Positions 27,703-40,315 of a DNA stretch of 64,000 bases are shown here, in pieces. The stretch is from NCBI GenBank assembly GCA_951406725.2, contig OX597815.1, positions 211,420,001 to 211,484,000 of the forward strand, read 5' to 3'. Made by a program: the position numbers and the translations under genes. Source of the stretch: Octopus vulgaris (Eukaryota). Position 1 is the first letter of the stretch. Each line of letters opens with the position of its first letter. The notes beneath the pieces were generated by a model, which had not been told where the DNA came from, did not search any database, and saw nothing but the letters and a program-made list of their open reading frames with translations.

Positions 27703-27839
27703 GAATCAGATGCAGTTTGTATCAGAAGGGTTTAGAGCATTGGACAGAAAACTTTGGATATATATATACACACATATATATAGCCCAAAGTTTTCTGTCC
27801 AATGCTCTAAACCCTTCTGATACAAACTGCATCTGATTC
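27703..27839. repeat. Perfect 55-bp inverted repeat with a TA/CA microsatellite spacer
   Basis: 27703-27757 is the exact reverse complement of 27785-27839. Confidence 0.95.
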
Positions 27840-28175
27840 TATCGTACAAATTTCCTGTTTAAAAGTGATCTAAGTTTAAAATTTATTTCAAATGTTCATG
27901 TTAATTTATATTCTATATATTCCAAATGTCACCTTAATGATACTGAAGGAAAAAGAAAAATAGAAAAGAAACAGGCAGTAAGAGCTGTAAACGGAATAAA
28001 AAAGCTTAAGTCACACCGTTCCAAAACAGTATGGATGCCTTTCTGCTTTTTCCTGTTGCTGTACAGTTGATTTTTAACCTTCACTGCAGTTGAACTTATA
28101 AGTAGCTGGCAAGATACTGGAATTTTACTCAATCGTCTGTACCATTCCTTTTGGCACTGTGCCAATGTTAAAAAC

Positions 28176-28515
28176 CACCATCATCATCATCATGCTTATT
28201 ATCATTATTATTATTATTATCATCATCATTATTATTACTTTGTTCTTGTTGTTATTATTATTTTGGTCTTGTTGTTATTATTATTTTGTTGTTGTTGTTA
28301 TTATTTTGTTATTATTTTTATTATCATTATTTTGTTTTTGTTGTTATTATTACTATTTTTATTTATATTTTGTTCTTGTTATTTTTATTATTATTATTAT
28401 TATGTTCTTGTTATTTTTATTATTATTATTATTTTGTTCTTGTTGTTATTATTATTATTATTTTGTTCTTGTTGTTGTTATTATTATTATCATCATTATT
28501 TAGTTCTTGTTAAAT
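28176..28515. repeat. (TTA/TTG/TCA)n trinucleotide low-complexity tract
   Basis: Directly visible; source of the spurious poly-I/L/Y ORFs. Confidence 0.95.
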
Positions 28516-29289
28516 TATGTTGTTATTGGCTGGGTAAACATGTAAGTTACAGACGCGATCGAATGATAGCTATTTTACCAGAAACCATCTTTACATGTCT
28601 AAGCAATAGGGAATTGTAAAAATTATGACCATCTTTTCTTCAAATCCTCAGCTGAGTAATTGATGGGAAATACACGTATTTCAAACCACCATATGAAACT
28701 GCTTTTTGTATTTCAGTATTTTCTACCGTAGAGTCGTGTTGATCAATAACCTTAAACTTCTGAATTTAGTGTACATAAGTTTTATAAAAGCTCGCAGTAT
28801 GTATGTAAATATATATAGTTTATTTTGGGCAAAAATCCTCGAATCGCACGTTTAAAAGATCCTATATCTCTGGCCGGCTACCACATGTTAATTATATCCT
28901 GGAGTAACTCAGGGTATGGGTCTGCATGCGGAATTTCTTTCTGTTTAGGGTTAATGTAGTAGTAGTAGTAATAACATGAGGGTGGAAGTTGACAATCTTT
29001 GATGATATATCAAAACATGTTTCTGCACCCCATACCAGTGGCAAGTTGCAATTTTCATATTTATATAACATCAAGATTACTCTTAATATTTATGTATTTG
29101 AATATTTTTAACAACAGCTCTCTGTGGTCACTTCGTTGAGTGGCATCTGAGAAAGACTGCCAAAAATGTTACGGGATTCATCAATTCAAAGATGTATTGA
29201 ATTGATTTCATTCCACAAAAAAAAAAAATAATTAAATCATTTGATTGGTGGAGAGTGCTGTACATCCTTGAATTTATGAATCCTGTAAA

Positions 29290-29957
29290 ATTTCTTTACC
29301 GAATCGTTACTGGCGACGAAAAATGGTGACTGTACATCAATATGAAACAGCGTAAGGAATGGCTTAGACCTGGTAAACAAGCGACACCGCGCGTGAAACA
29401 AGATATTCATCCACGTAAAACGATGTTGTGCGTATAGTGTGACTGGGAAGGGATTATCCATTACGAATTGCTTGAATGGAACCAAACGGTCAACGCGGAA
29501 CTCTCATGTTCAACAGATGGAACGACTCAACACAGCTATTCAAGAGAAAAGACCTAATCGGCAGCATGGAGTTCTGCTGCACGACAACACCCGCCCTCAT
29601 ATCACCAATATGACCAAGGAAGCCATTCAAAAGCATGGCTTGGAAGTGCTGCTACACCCGCCGTACTCTCCTGATTTGGCACCAACGGATTTCCACCTCA
29701 TTCGTTCTCTTTCAAATGCTATGCGCAGAGTTTCGTTCAACACTGATGCAGAATTGAGAGCTTGATTGGATCAATTTTTCGAGTAGAAATCGGGTGATTT
29801 CTACCAACGAGGTATTGAAAATCTCGTTGAACGTTGGAAAGAAGTTGTAAACAACAAGGGTGAATATACATTATTGATTAAATAGTTATTTTTAATTAAG
29901 GATTTTAAAAAATTTTAATTTTAAAAAAATGGCGGAAACTTAGTTGCTAACCTTTAA
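29290..29957 (+). pseudogene. mariner (DD34D) transposase pseudogene, 3' part plus right end
   Basis: RIVTGDEK...HPRKTMLC...HDNTRPH-(34 aa)-YSPDLAPTD...FYQRGIENLVERWKEVVNNKGEY, with stops and frameshifts; ends in a TIR-like sequence before (TA)n. Confidence 0.92.
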
Positions 29958-30828
29958 TATATATAGATAGATAGATACATACAGAGAGAGAGAGAGAGGG
30001 GGGGAGGGGAAGAGAGGAAGGTGTGTATTCCTATGTGTGAATGTGTGCGTTGATGTATATCGGTGAAGTATATGAACACTGTCGAGATAAGCAAGAAGCC
30101 GGTGCTTCAGAAATGAAATCCCTTGTGACATTTGTTCTAATCCAAATTACAGACACTCGTCACTCTGGCTGTCAATAAATAATACTGCTAGCCCACTGAA
30201 AACTCTGAAACCAAATTGTGATAATGGAAAATGGAAAATGATAAAATATATATAATCCATCAAAAAATTACCACTTAATATATTTCAATGTATAAATTCC
30301 TTAGAATCACGCAAACCAAGACCACCCATAGGAGTGGGCACTCTTGTCTTGTCCCGTCGGGAATACACATATATTCGAAAGAGAAATATTACAGTATATA
30401 CTTCGTGTGCTGTGGTGTTTAAGGTGTACATTTATGCCTTGTACATAAACTGAGTATTAACGCTAATGTTGTTGATGTTGCCTTTGCTATTGCTGAAACT
30501 TGATCGAAACAGCCTACAATCATGTTTAACAACTAGGAGCATTTTTTTCTCTGTGTATTCGAGACGGTATTGTCTAAACTGTTTTTTTCTAAGTTAGTAA
30601 AATGCTATTTGAGAGTAGTTTGGCTGTTAATTCTACCAGATCGAGTTTGCTGCCGAGAGACTCCTGCGTTACCCTGTAAGATCGAGTGCTAACATAATTA
30701 TATTTTTTAAGTTTTGACAGGAAAGCTAATAATAATAATAATAATGATGATTTCATTTATTTGTCATCTAATTTAGACACAAAACTATCAATTCAATTTG
30801 GGTGATTAGCCGATATTGCTTGACTGGA

Positions 30829-31431
30829 AAGCGGCGAGCTGGCAGAAACGTTAGCACGCCGGGCAAAATGCTGAGCAGTATTTCGTCTGCCGTTACGTTC
30901 TGAGTTCAAATTCCGCCGAGGTTGACTTTGCCTTTCATCCTTTCGTGGTCGATAAATTAACTACCAGTTACGCACTGAGGTCGATGTAATTGACTTAATC
31001 GCTTTGTCTGTTCTTGTTTATCCCCTCTTTGTTTAGCCCTTTGTGGGCAATAAAGAAATAAGAAACGTTAGCGCGCCGGGCGAAATGCTAAGCGGTATTT
31101 CGTCTGCCGTTACGTTCTGAGTTCAAATACTGAGTCGACTTTGCCTTTCACCCTTTCGGGGTCGATTAAATAAGTACCAGTTATGCACTGGGGTCGATGT
31201 AATTGACTTAATCTATTTGTCCTAGTCTGTCTTCTCTGTGTTTTGCCCCTTGTGGGTAGTAAAGAAATAGGTATTTCGTCTGTCTTTATGCTCTGAGTGC
31301 AAATCCGCCGAGGTCGACTTTGCCTTTCATCCTTTCGGGGTCGATAAATTAAGTACAGTTACGTACTGGAGTCGATCTAATCAACTGGGCCCCTCCCGCA
31401 AAAGTTCGAGTCTTGTGCCTAGAGTAGAAAA
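30829..31431 (+). mobile_element. Family B SINE, multimeric (three core modules)
   Basis: Head GGCGAGCTGGCAGAAACGTTAGCACGCCGGG and three tandem core modules. Confidence 0.9.
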
Positions 31432-31762
31432 GGATATTACTTGACTGGACACCGAAAGGACGAAAAGCAAAGCTGACCTTGGTACAATTCGAGCTCAGAA
31501 CATAATGACCTCACAGAAACATCGCAGGGTAGTCCATGCCAATCCACCGCATCCATTCCGATACTTGACTGGGGACATTATTTTATCAACCCCGGAAGAA
31601 TAAATGACAAAGTTTTATCTCAGCAGGATTTGAAACCAAAAACGTAACAAAGAGAAACAAATACTTACAGTATTTTGTCTGACCCTAACGATTTTGTCAA
31701 CCCATCAACTCTTAATTTTTTTTTCTAGCATAGGCATAAATGCATAAATCCAGTAACTGTAA

Positions 31763-32005
31763 TGTTAGTTAGTTAGTTAGTTAGTTAATTTGGCTCAAAA
31801 GCAAATAGCAAGGCCATGTAGGGGGACATGGAGTTAAGTACAAGGTGGTGTTCATGTAAAGAGTTCAGGCCACTTGAGGTCCAAGGGAGGCTTTGAACAA
31901 AGCGGTCGTCGGCATCTTCACCATCTCGTCTGGCAGCTTGTTCCACGGATCCGCAACCCGGACGGAGAAAGCTCCTCTCCTTCGATTGAGATGAAATCGT
32001 CGCAT
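31763..32005 (-). mobile_element. 5'-truncated CR1-type LINE 3' end
   Basis: Minus strand RRFHLNRRRGAFSVRVADPWNKLPDEMVKMPTTALFK (CR1 ORF2 C-terminal FSxRVxxxWNxLP), short 3'UTR and (TAAC)n tail. Confidence 0.85.
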
Positions 32006-32026
32006 GAAAAGGGACTAATCGATTAG

Positions 32027-32334
32027 GTGTGTGGCTTAGTGGTTAGGGTATCCGGCTAACGGTCCTAAGGTCATGAGTCCGAGTTCTGACGGCGCGTTGT
32101 GTCCTTGAGCAAGACACTCTATATTTCAAGTTGCTACAGTCCACTCAGTTGTAACTTAAATTCAAAGTGCCAGCCTTGTCACATTCTGTGTCATGCTGAA
32201 TATCTCCTTGGGAACTTCGTTAAAGATACACGTGTCTGTGGATAGCTCAGCCACTTGTACGTTAATCACACGAACAGGCAGTTCTGTTGGTCGGATCGAT
32301 TACAACTGCTGTCGTCGCAACCGACGGAGTGCCA
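32027..32334 (+). mobile_element. tRNA-derived SINE, family C
   Basis: GTGTGGCTTAGTGGTTAGGG head, core GTGTCCTTGAGCAAGACAC, tail gtcgtcg.aaccgacggagtgc; homolog at 52505-53232. Confidence 0.75.
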
Positions 32335-32564
32335 GTAAGCAATTACATCGCCCATCGCCCTCAGTACTTGATTAGTGTTTTATTTTATCAACCTAAGAAA
32401 AATGAAAGCCAAATTTACGTCGGTAGTACTTGACTTCAGAATGTGAAGCGTCGGAACAAATACGTAAGCTATTTTACCAGACGTTCTATCAATCTAAAAC
32501 CCGATTTTCTCACATAGGCACAAGGCCAAATATTTGGTCTAAAGGAGTTGGGATATATATATAT

Positions 32565-32595
<31 letters not shown>

Positions 32596-33213
32596 ATATT
32601 ATATATATATATTATATATCAACGCAGTAGTTGCCTGGCACTTTATTTTATCGACATCCCGGAAGGATAAAAGGCAACGTCGTCCCCCACTAGTATTTGG
32701 ATTTATTATAGAAAGCGTGTATCTAAACACCGCAAGGTATTTAGTCCAATACATCCGTTCCCTTTATAAATACCATTAATAAAGATTTCTTGCTTTGGCA
32801 CATAGCCACATATATGTAGTCAATTTAATGTCGCACCACCAATACCACCACCACCACTAATCTACATGGAGGTGCTGAGTACATATTTTAGCGACTCCGA
32901 AATGTGAAAGGCAAAGCGCTGAAGTATGCAGAGTGTATTTTATGTAGGTGTACAGGCAATAGTATAATTAAATCCATAGCATGCTTTCACACTGATATCT
33001 AAATAGATATTAACGATCTTCAGTGGTCTATATACCTTGGCTTTACATCCAATGCACAGATTGCTAACGGTGTCTTGGGCAGCTGCTTGAAATCATGGAA
33101 TGAGTCTAATTACAACAAACACATTACACACACACATCTCTCTCTATAAACACTCACGCGTGTATGTTTGCGAGGGCGCGGGTGTGTATATGCATATACA
33201 CTACATATATATA

Positions 33214-33353
33214 CAATTGTTAAACAGGACAGTAAGCATTAAGGCAAGGTAAACATCTCAAGCGGTATACAACATTATTATAGAAAGAATAATATTGCAT
33301 ACGACTTGAGATATTTGTCTTGCCTTAATGTTTGTTGTCCTCTTTAACAATTG
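33214..33353. repeat. 140-nt imperfect hairpin at the start of a ~280-bp microsatellite-flanked insert
   Basis: Arms of about 65 nt pair almost throughout, closing an ~8-nt loop (atagaaag). Confidence 0.9.
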
Positions 33354-33492
33354 CATATCCGCTGCATCGGAAATTTGTAATGGCTGTATAACTACCGTCC
33401 TGGCTGTTACCTTGGAGCCCCAGTAATCTGTTACAGCACTTACCTAGCAAACGTAATCGTTTAGATCACCTGTGAACTAAACCCCTATATTT

Positions 33493-33539
<47 letters not shown>

Positions 33540-33667
33540 TAGCTTAACTTTTAAGCTAGCTCCTGCGGAGGGTTAATTGGGTCTGTGGCGCAAAGCTAAA
33601 GAAATCAAGAATAATAAAGCATTTATTGATACCCTACGAATATGGTATAACTTTGAATTCAGTTTAA

Positions 33668-34573
33668 CCCTTAGAACCCGAAATGCCGATGCACTGGCAC
33701 TACGCCAAGGCCGTATATTCCCGAAATGCCCGTCTACCGTCACTCTACGCGTCTTCATTTTGTTACACGCTATAAAAATAGCCACTTTAGCCACTTAGTC
33801 ACCAACCAGTGAACGTGTTATTTCAGGTCTTCGGCAGACATATTCCATCGTGGATTCCTTATTTTGTGTTGAAGAAGCACTAGCTCAGATTCTTAGTGAT
33901 GACGAGCAGGATTTAGACGAGTCTGATTACGGTAACGAAAGTGATTTTGAACAAGAAGTGTTGACGCCATTAGAAATGGCCTCGGTGATTAATGATGAAG
34001 TTCTTTATGTGGACGTCATATAACGCCTATGTTTTTCGGGAATTTTACAAGCCCCATGTTCAGCTTAACAAAATAACCTTCACATTCCATGCTTTCTTGG
34101 ACAAGCTTTGTCATGATGTGAAGGTCAATACCCAAGCGGGATATGATCGATCACCCAGCAACTGTGGAGGATCGTTTCGTTGACGTTGGATTTCACGTTG
34201 TGGAACAAACTCAGCATACAACTACTGAGAATAGCTGTGTTGTGTGCATGGAGAAACATAGAGAGTAAATCCTAATGCTCAATATAAGGACTTGCCAAAA
34301 CAAAGGGTATTTTCTGGTGTAACCACAGCAAAGTGTTCCTCTGTATTGGGATCAAACTGCTGGTACGATTGATACAATAAAGCGCAGTATTGGAGATAAA
34401 TTAATGAAAAAGGACTTAAACATCTATTCTGTCATTTTGTATTTTCATCATTTTCTGCCCTTGTGTTGTGAAAGAAGCATGTCTTTCAGCGTATAATTAA
34501 AAATTTTCAGTGAAACTCGCTGGGAGCTTAAGATGGTGCATTTAATCCCTGTGGGTGGTTAGGGTCCAAAGGG
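33668..34573 (+). mobile_element. Internally deleted piggyBac element
   Basis: TTAA TSDs (33664-33667, 34574-34577); TIRs CCCTTAGAACCC / CCCTTTGGACCC; acidic N-terminal remnant (FCVEEALAQILSDDEQDLDESDYGNESDFE) and Cys-rich C-terminal remnant (CVVC...FWCNHSKVFLCIG..NCWYD). Confidence 0.88.
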
Positions 34574-35352
34574 TTAAACGAAAAACTTGTCAGTTCACAA
34601 ATTTTTGGAGTTCTTTTAAAATTTGAATTTTCAACTGTTAGCATATGACAAATCCTCGTCCAGACCTGACCCCAATGTTGGATATTCAAGAACCAAACGA
34701 AGGGCAGATTTTCAATCCCGGGATCATCCTGATTCCAAAAAGGTATAATATGTCTGTGTAAAGCAAATGTAGACCACGATACAGGGGACCCGGACGAACA
34801 GACAGAATCTCGCGTTTATTATTATAGATATTGACCGGCAGTCAACATTATTCCATTATTTAAATAAGGTTGTATCAGTCCACATACATGTTTGCATTTT
34901 AATAAATAGCCATCACCCGCCATCAGCTTCAGAGAGATAGCAGAGTGAATGAATGAAACGTGATGAATTGTTAAATAACAATGGAACTGTTCGGTTCGAT
35001 CCATATCCCAAGCTGTCAATAAAAAGATTATAAGAAAGAAAATAAAACTCGTGCGAGTAATTCTAAAGCTCTATAAATATGAATATGAATATGAGTATTT
35101 AAATGTTCATGGAGCATGTTATCTTGGTAATCTTGTAATGGTTTCTGAGTTCTGAGGCATATCTAATGGTTTCTGAGGCATATCTAAGTCCAACGATTGC
35201 GAAATGATAATGACTAATTGATATCATCGATTCTTGTACTTGATTGGTAATTTTTTTAATCAATCCTGAAAGGGTAAAAATGAAAAGTTGGCCTCGGTGC
35301 GATTTAAACTTAGAATGTAAAGAGCCGGAATAATCCCACAGAGTATCTTTTT

Positions 35353-35771
35353 CTTATTTCTTCATTGCCCACAAGGGGCCAAACATAGAGGGGACAAACA
35401 AGGACAGACAAAGGGATTAAGTCGATTACATTGACCCCCAGTGCGTAACTGGTACTTAGTTCCTCGACCCCGATAGGATGAAAGGCAAAGTCGACCTCGG
35501 TGGAATTTGAACTCAGAACGTAACGGCAGACGAAATACCTATTTCTTTACTACCCACAAGGGGCTAAGCACAGAGAGGACAAACAAGGACAGACAAATGG
35601 ATTACGTCGGTTATATCGACCCCAGTGCGTAACTGGTACTTAATTTATCGACCCCGAAAGAATGAAAAGCAAAGTCGACCTCGGCGGAATTTGAACTCAG
35701 AACGTAACGTCAGACGAAATACGTCTACGCATTTCGCCCGGCGCGCTATCGTTTCTGCCACCTCGCCGCCT
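35353..35771 (-). mobile_element. Family B SINE (dimeric) with target-site duplication
   Basis: Two core modules; gagtatctttttct is repeated at 35341 and 35777. Confidence 0.9.
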
Positions 35772-36035
35772 TACTGAGTATCTTTTTCTAACGCTCTAAC
35801 AATTCTGATAGCTCCCCGCCTTTGGGTATTCTCTTAATGGAAACATGTTTAACTTTATTGGAGACGAATTGAGAGAGAGAGAGAGATTTAGAATTTATTA
35901 TCTGATATTTATCAATATTCTCATTTTGGCAGTCTGTAATTTATTGTAAAATCAGACCCAATATCTAAGACTGAATTTTAATATTTAGCATCACTTTGAT
36001 CTTAAACAGCTCAATCGAACACACACATGGATGCT

Positions 36036-36067
<32 letters not shown>

Positions 36068-36483
36068 TATACATATATATATATATACATATATATACAT
36101 ATAAGCACCCATGTATGTGTGTATATATACACACACACACACGAGTCGATTTTAAAGATGTTCATCACGCCAGTGATAGCTATTGATGGATCGAACAAAC
36201 CGCTGACCAAAAACGTTCCAGCTATGAGCTTATGACTTGTGTTTTTAGAATAGTATATCTGAAACGGTAGGGTATGATTATGAGAACATTTGACTGATAT
36301 TTGTAACAGATAGTCCAACCACAAAGAGGTTCGCTCATCGGATTATTTAAAACTTTTGTTAATCATTAAACGAAAAAATGAACTTCTTGGTTTTTGGGAC
36401 GATTACAGTTGAATAGATTGATATCATTTTCTTCCATCTCATAAAAGCCTTCCCATAAATGTAAGCAAATGAAGTGTTCAACT

Positions 36484-37323
36484 TAGGGTGCCCCAAAAGT
36501 CACTGATGGGTTCGATTTTTAATAATTTCCTCTCACTTTCCAAATAAATGCATGAACTTTTGATGCAATATAAAGGACATGATGGAAATCAATATGCACA
36601 AGTCAAATTTTGCAACATCACTTGAAAAATGATATCGCATAAATGCAGTCATTTTCGGCTTCGCACGCCCGTGTTCTTTCCAAAACTTGCACCATAACAC
36701 TCTCAAGAGTTTCAGACCCCACTTCTCTGATTTCTCTATTGACGTTCTCCTTCAGTTGCACCAGGGTATCCGGTTTGTTGATGTAAACGCTCTCTTTCAG
36801 ATATCCATGACTGAAATCTCTTTGCACCCGGCCATGCAAAGTAGACCTCACACATGGTTCCAGCAAGATGAGGCAACTTCTTATACCGCAAGAGAAACAG
36901 TGCAATGGAGAGAGAATAATCTCCCGCCACGGCAGTGTCAACTGGCCTTCACGTTACCCAGACTTGACTAGCCCGGAATTTTTCTTGTGGGGATACCTGA
37001 AAGAGGGTTTACGTCAACAAACCGAAGACCCAGGTGCAACTGAAGGAGAACATCAATAAAGAAATCAGAGAAGTGGGGTTTGAAACTCTTGAGGGGTGTT
37101 ATAGTGCAAGTTTTGGAAAAAGCACGGACGTGCAAAGCCGAAAAAGGCAGCCATTTAAGCAATGTCATTTTTTATATGTGATGCAGTGGTGTTGCAAAAT
37201 TTGCTTTGTGCAGATTAATTTCCATTATGTCCTTTATATTGTATCAAAATTTCATGCATTTATTTGTAAAGTTAAGGAGGTTATTAAAAATTGAAACCCA
37301 TCAGTGACTTTTGGGACACCCTG
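36484..37323. mobile_element. Palindromic Tc1/mariner (DD37D/maT-like) derivative built from two inverted 3' ends
   Basis: TIR CAGGGTGTCCCAAAAGTCACTGATGGG followed by TA on the right; ~320-bp inverted arms each carrying GYLKxxVYxNKPxTxVQLKENxNxEI; the centre has WFQQDEATSYTA and WPSRYPDLTSPEFFLW. Confidence 0.88.
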
Positions 37324-38629
37324 TACATACTACTCTGTAACCAGGAAGGGTTTGACACGTTTGAAGGACCACAATTTCAGTTCCATGTAAATATAATTTT
37401 TATGTAGCATTTATGTCACAAATTAGACAGCTAATGATGGATCATTTCAATTATTGAGAACCTCCTCAGTCGAAATCCTGGCTTGCGCCCATGCATCATA
37501 TAACTGTAGTAAATAAGACAAGTTAGCAACGAGGTGGGTACTGAAAAGTTCCTGGATTTAAGGGAATCGCGATAGGCCTTCAGCTGAATACCAACAGCAT
37601 CAATAAAGCTGGTTATTAGATTAGAACCATCGCTTATTCGACTTAGAGTGCAACATCCGATTTACTCCGCTGAAGACCTCTTTCTTTAGCATATTATCAG
37701 CCGAGTGTTAAATACATCAGTTGCCCGAATTGTTTAAATAGCGTAAAGTCTGTTGTTCAAATTCTACTGTAAAGTGACGATACAGTCTTTTGACTGTAGA
37801 GCTTAAATCTTTTTTTTACATTTCATATCAGCTTTCATGCAGGCGAACAAATATCTGCGAAGAGGCAGACCATCTAACAATGACATTTTTCTTTATTTAT
37901 TTCCGTACTAACAGTGGTTCTGCCTATTGCTACCGTCATGTTTATAATATATGTACTTACATGTATTCAGTGATAAGATTGCTGGCATCAAAAATCCTTG
38001 TCCTTGGCATAGTGATCTTATGAATTACAATTATAGTCATGTATAGTGGAGAAGAAAACACTTAACATCCCTGTGAGAGAAAACCCGGTTTTGTTTGACT
38101 GATAAGACCTTACACAGAAAGTGCTTTCAATGGGAAAGACGTATTCTTTCCACCAGCATATATGTTCGTTTATTTATTCACTAGTTCGTTTATTCATTTT
38201 ATTTTGTAGCTTATTTACTTATGGATAAACGGTGGTAAAGAGTATAAGGCATAGGACAACCACTTCTAAGTTAGCCACTTCTTTTACCACGCTGCGAATT
38301 TACTCTTTTCACTCATTGAACTGTGGCCATGCTGGGGCACTGCCTTCAAGGGGTTAGTCGAACAAATCCCCCCTAGCATTTAATTTTAAAGTCTGGTACC
38401 CATTATGTCGGTTTCTTTTGCCGAAACGCTAGGTACGGAACATAATCTAACACCGGTTGTGAAGCTGTGTGTAGGGACAAGAACAAAGGTATACAATACT
38501 TCATAGTAATTATTCCATTATAATTATATATATACATATATATATTACACTCATATATACATCATATACACACACATACATGCATGCCTTTGTGCATACA
38601 TGATATATATATATATATATATATATATG

Positions 38630-40031
38630 GTGGTTAGGGTTGTTGATTTTTGACGAATCGGACAGAATTTTTTGTGCTGCTTGGCAGCGGGTGTTATATC
38701 AGTAGAGACAATGTATTCAGACCTTAGCGAGTATGAGCTGTCTTCAGCGGAAGAGGAGCTCGTTAAGGTGATAAATAGAATGGACGAGCTTTTAGAAAGA
38801 GTAAAGAGTTTTGCTGAGGCTTCAGAGGTGAAGAAAAGGGAGGTGAACCTAGCCGGACTGAAGAACCTGAGTGAGATGACACAGTAGGTGGGCGGCGACG
38901 TAAAGTTATTACCCCTGAAAAGGGTTATGGAAAATATGGAAGAGAAAACCATTACCTATAAGGTGTACTCAGTGGCGAGTAGGAAGGTGGAGCGGATGGA
39001 GATGGAAAAAGTAGAAAACGCATTGAAGGGGCTTTCGAAGGAAGCGACACACATAGCGAAAGGAAATGGATATGGGACGGTGGTTGTCCAGTTTAAGACA
39101 ACGGAGGAGGCAAAGAGGCTGGCGAGTGCAACTGTAAAAACGGAGGAAGTAGTACTTCTATCCACGTACCTTGGAAGAAAGACTTCTAATGTAAGAGTAG
39201 AAGGAATTCCACCCGATATAGAAGTGGCTTGGGTTGCGGCAGCCTTACTCGTTGGAAGTGAGAAGGAGATGGTTCTCCTCCAAGCCTCGGGAACGGAGGA
39301 CGGAGAGGAAAATCACTGGACCTCATCATACAGGCAGAGACGATGACGTTGGGAGAGATTGTGTTGAGAGTGTGGGTGGAGGGCAGAATCTTACGGTATC
39401 TTAAATATGGCCAAAAGGGCCACATTAGAGCGCACAGCCCTCTGCAGAGTAAAACGACAAAAAAAAAAGCGGTCTTAGAGACGGAGGAGAAAAAGGAGGA
39501 AGTACAGATGGATGGAAGGAACAAGGAGGATGAATGGACAGTGAGAGAGAATAAAAGGAATAAGAGAAAGAGGAAGAACAGTCAGTGTGATGTGGGACCC
39601 CAGACCAACTCCATCCCACCCAAGACCACTCAGACCCACCTTCCCCATACAGACACCAAACCCACCCACCCCCTATCTACATAGAAAAAAGAAGAGACAC
39701 CACAAAATTTACAAGACCCCAGTGAAAAAGGTTACGTGTACATGGAGGAGAGAGTATTGTCACTCAGAGATGGGGAAAACGGTAAACGAAAGACTAAAGA
39801 GGACTCAGGACTCAGAGGTTGCGAGTGGTGTTACTCAGTGTGGAGTAACACACTTTTCATATTCTCTCTCATTTCTCAGTTATCATTAAATATTATTATT
39901 TTAATATTTTGATTTTAATGTTTTTCATTTTCATGTGTCATTCATAGCATCATATTTTTGTTATATGTCCCCACATGTGTGGTAGTGTCCCCCTCTATGT
40001 AATGCCTTTATGGCAATTTAAAAGAAATAAA
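38630..40031 (+). mobile_element. ORF1-only (HAL1-like) non-autonomous L1/Tx1-type retroelement with a disrupted gag-like ORF
   Basis: ATG at 38711, one in-frame stop (38885-38887) and a frameshift near 39300. RRM-like region (GYGTVVVQFKT..EA; VRVEGIPP), degenerate CCHC knuckle (RYLKYGQKGHIRAHSP), EWTVxxxKRxKRK motif, then a T-rich 3'UTR ending aaagaaataaa. No RT follows. Confidence 0.7.
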
Positions 40032-40032
40032 T

Positions 40033-40236
40033 AAGCTTGCTCCCCAACCACATGGTTCCGAGGTCAGTCCCACCACGTAGCACCTTAGGCAAGTATTTTC
40101 TACGACAGCCGCGGGACGACAAAAGCCTTGTGAGTGGATTTGCTAGGCTTACAAAGAATAAGTCTTGTAGTCAATTTCTTTGACTAAAACTCTTTAAGGC
40201 GGTGCACCAGCATAGCCGCAGTCAAATGACTGAAGT
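40033..40236 (+). mobile_element. Family A SINE with internal deletion
   Basis: Head joined directly to the tail segment. Confidence 0.7.
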
Positions 40237-40272
40237 AGATAAGGGAATAAGGGAACACACGCACACACACAC

Positions 40273-40315
<43 letters not shown>

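Noticed and set aside
28159-28619. Hydrophobic poly-I/L/Y ORFs
   Set aside because: Trinucleotide low-complexity tract.
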